From NCBI RefSeq assembly GCF_004010195.1, contig NC_057719.1, forward strand, positions 41,578,910-41,642,909: a stretch of DNA of 64,000 nucleotides, read 5' to 3'. The stretch's first letter is position 1, and each line of letters starts with the position of its first letter. Below, piece by piece: positions 63,871 to 64,000 of the stretch. A model generated the notes under the pieces. That model searched no databases. It had not been told where the DNA came from and saw nothing but the letters and a program-made list of their open reading frames with translations. The DNA is from Chiloscyllium plagiosum (taxonomy: Eukaryota). Both the position numbers and the translations under genes were made by a program.

Positions 63871-64000
63871 TCCTGTTCCCTGGATGCTGCCTGACCTGCT
63901 GTGCTGTTCCAGCAATAAAGTTTCAACTCTGATCTCCAGCATCTGCAGACCTCACTTTCTCCATTCCATGGATATGTCTTGTTGATTGATTCCACTGTCT

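Larger units (their letters stand above)
63747..63959. mobile_element. Miniature fold-back PLE-derived element with a perfect palindrome
   Basis: 89-bp arms 63746-63834 / 63836-63924, 1-nt loop, no mismatches; 17-bp TSD TCCATTCCATGGATATG (63730-63746 / 63960-63976); homologous to the termini of the PLE at 34521-36320. Confidence 0.92.

Overview
Eukaryotic, gene-free, repeat-rich DNA. The repeat families point to a cartilaginous fish, most likely a shark (inferred from HE1-type tRNA-derived SINEs, CR1 LINEs sharing their tails, and a Deu-domain SINE). I found no host protein-coding gene: every recognisable ORF belongs to a retroelement (CR1, Rex1/Babar, Tx1/L1, Gypsy gag, Penelope-like elements). 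Main observations: (1) A ~290-bp inverted repeat at 28137-29450 that matches no repeat I recognise. Of its 15 transition differences, 13 would be G-U wobble pairs in a minus-strand transcript, which suggests a long hairpin RNA. (2) At least four families of Penelope-like elements (PLEs) carry minimal hammerhead-ribozyme cores (CUGANGA-stem II-GAAA-NN-UH). Five complete insertions share one fold-back layout with target-site duplications (TSDs) and a 33-40 nt unpaired tail. One is a 213-bp element with a perfect 89-bp palindrome. (3) Retroelements nested up to four levels deep. (4) TE-free blocks that look like conserved non-coding enhancers. There are two assembly gaps. Repeat boundaries were read by eye and are approximate unless fixed by a TSD. 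No database searches were run.
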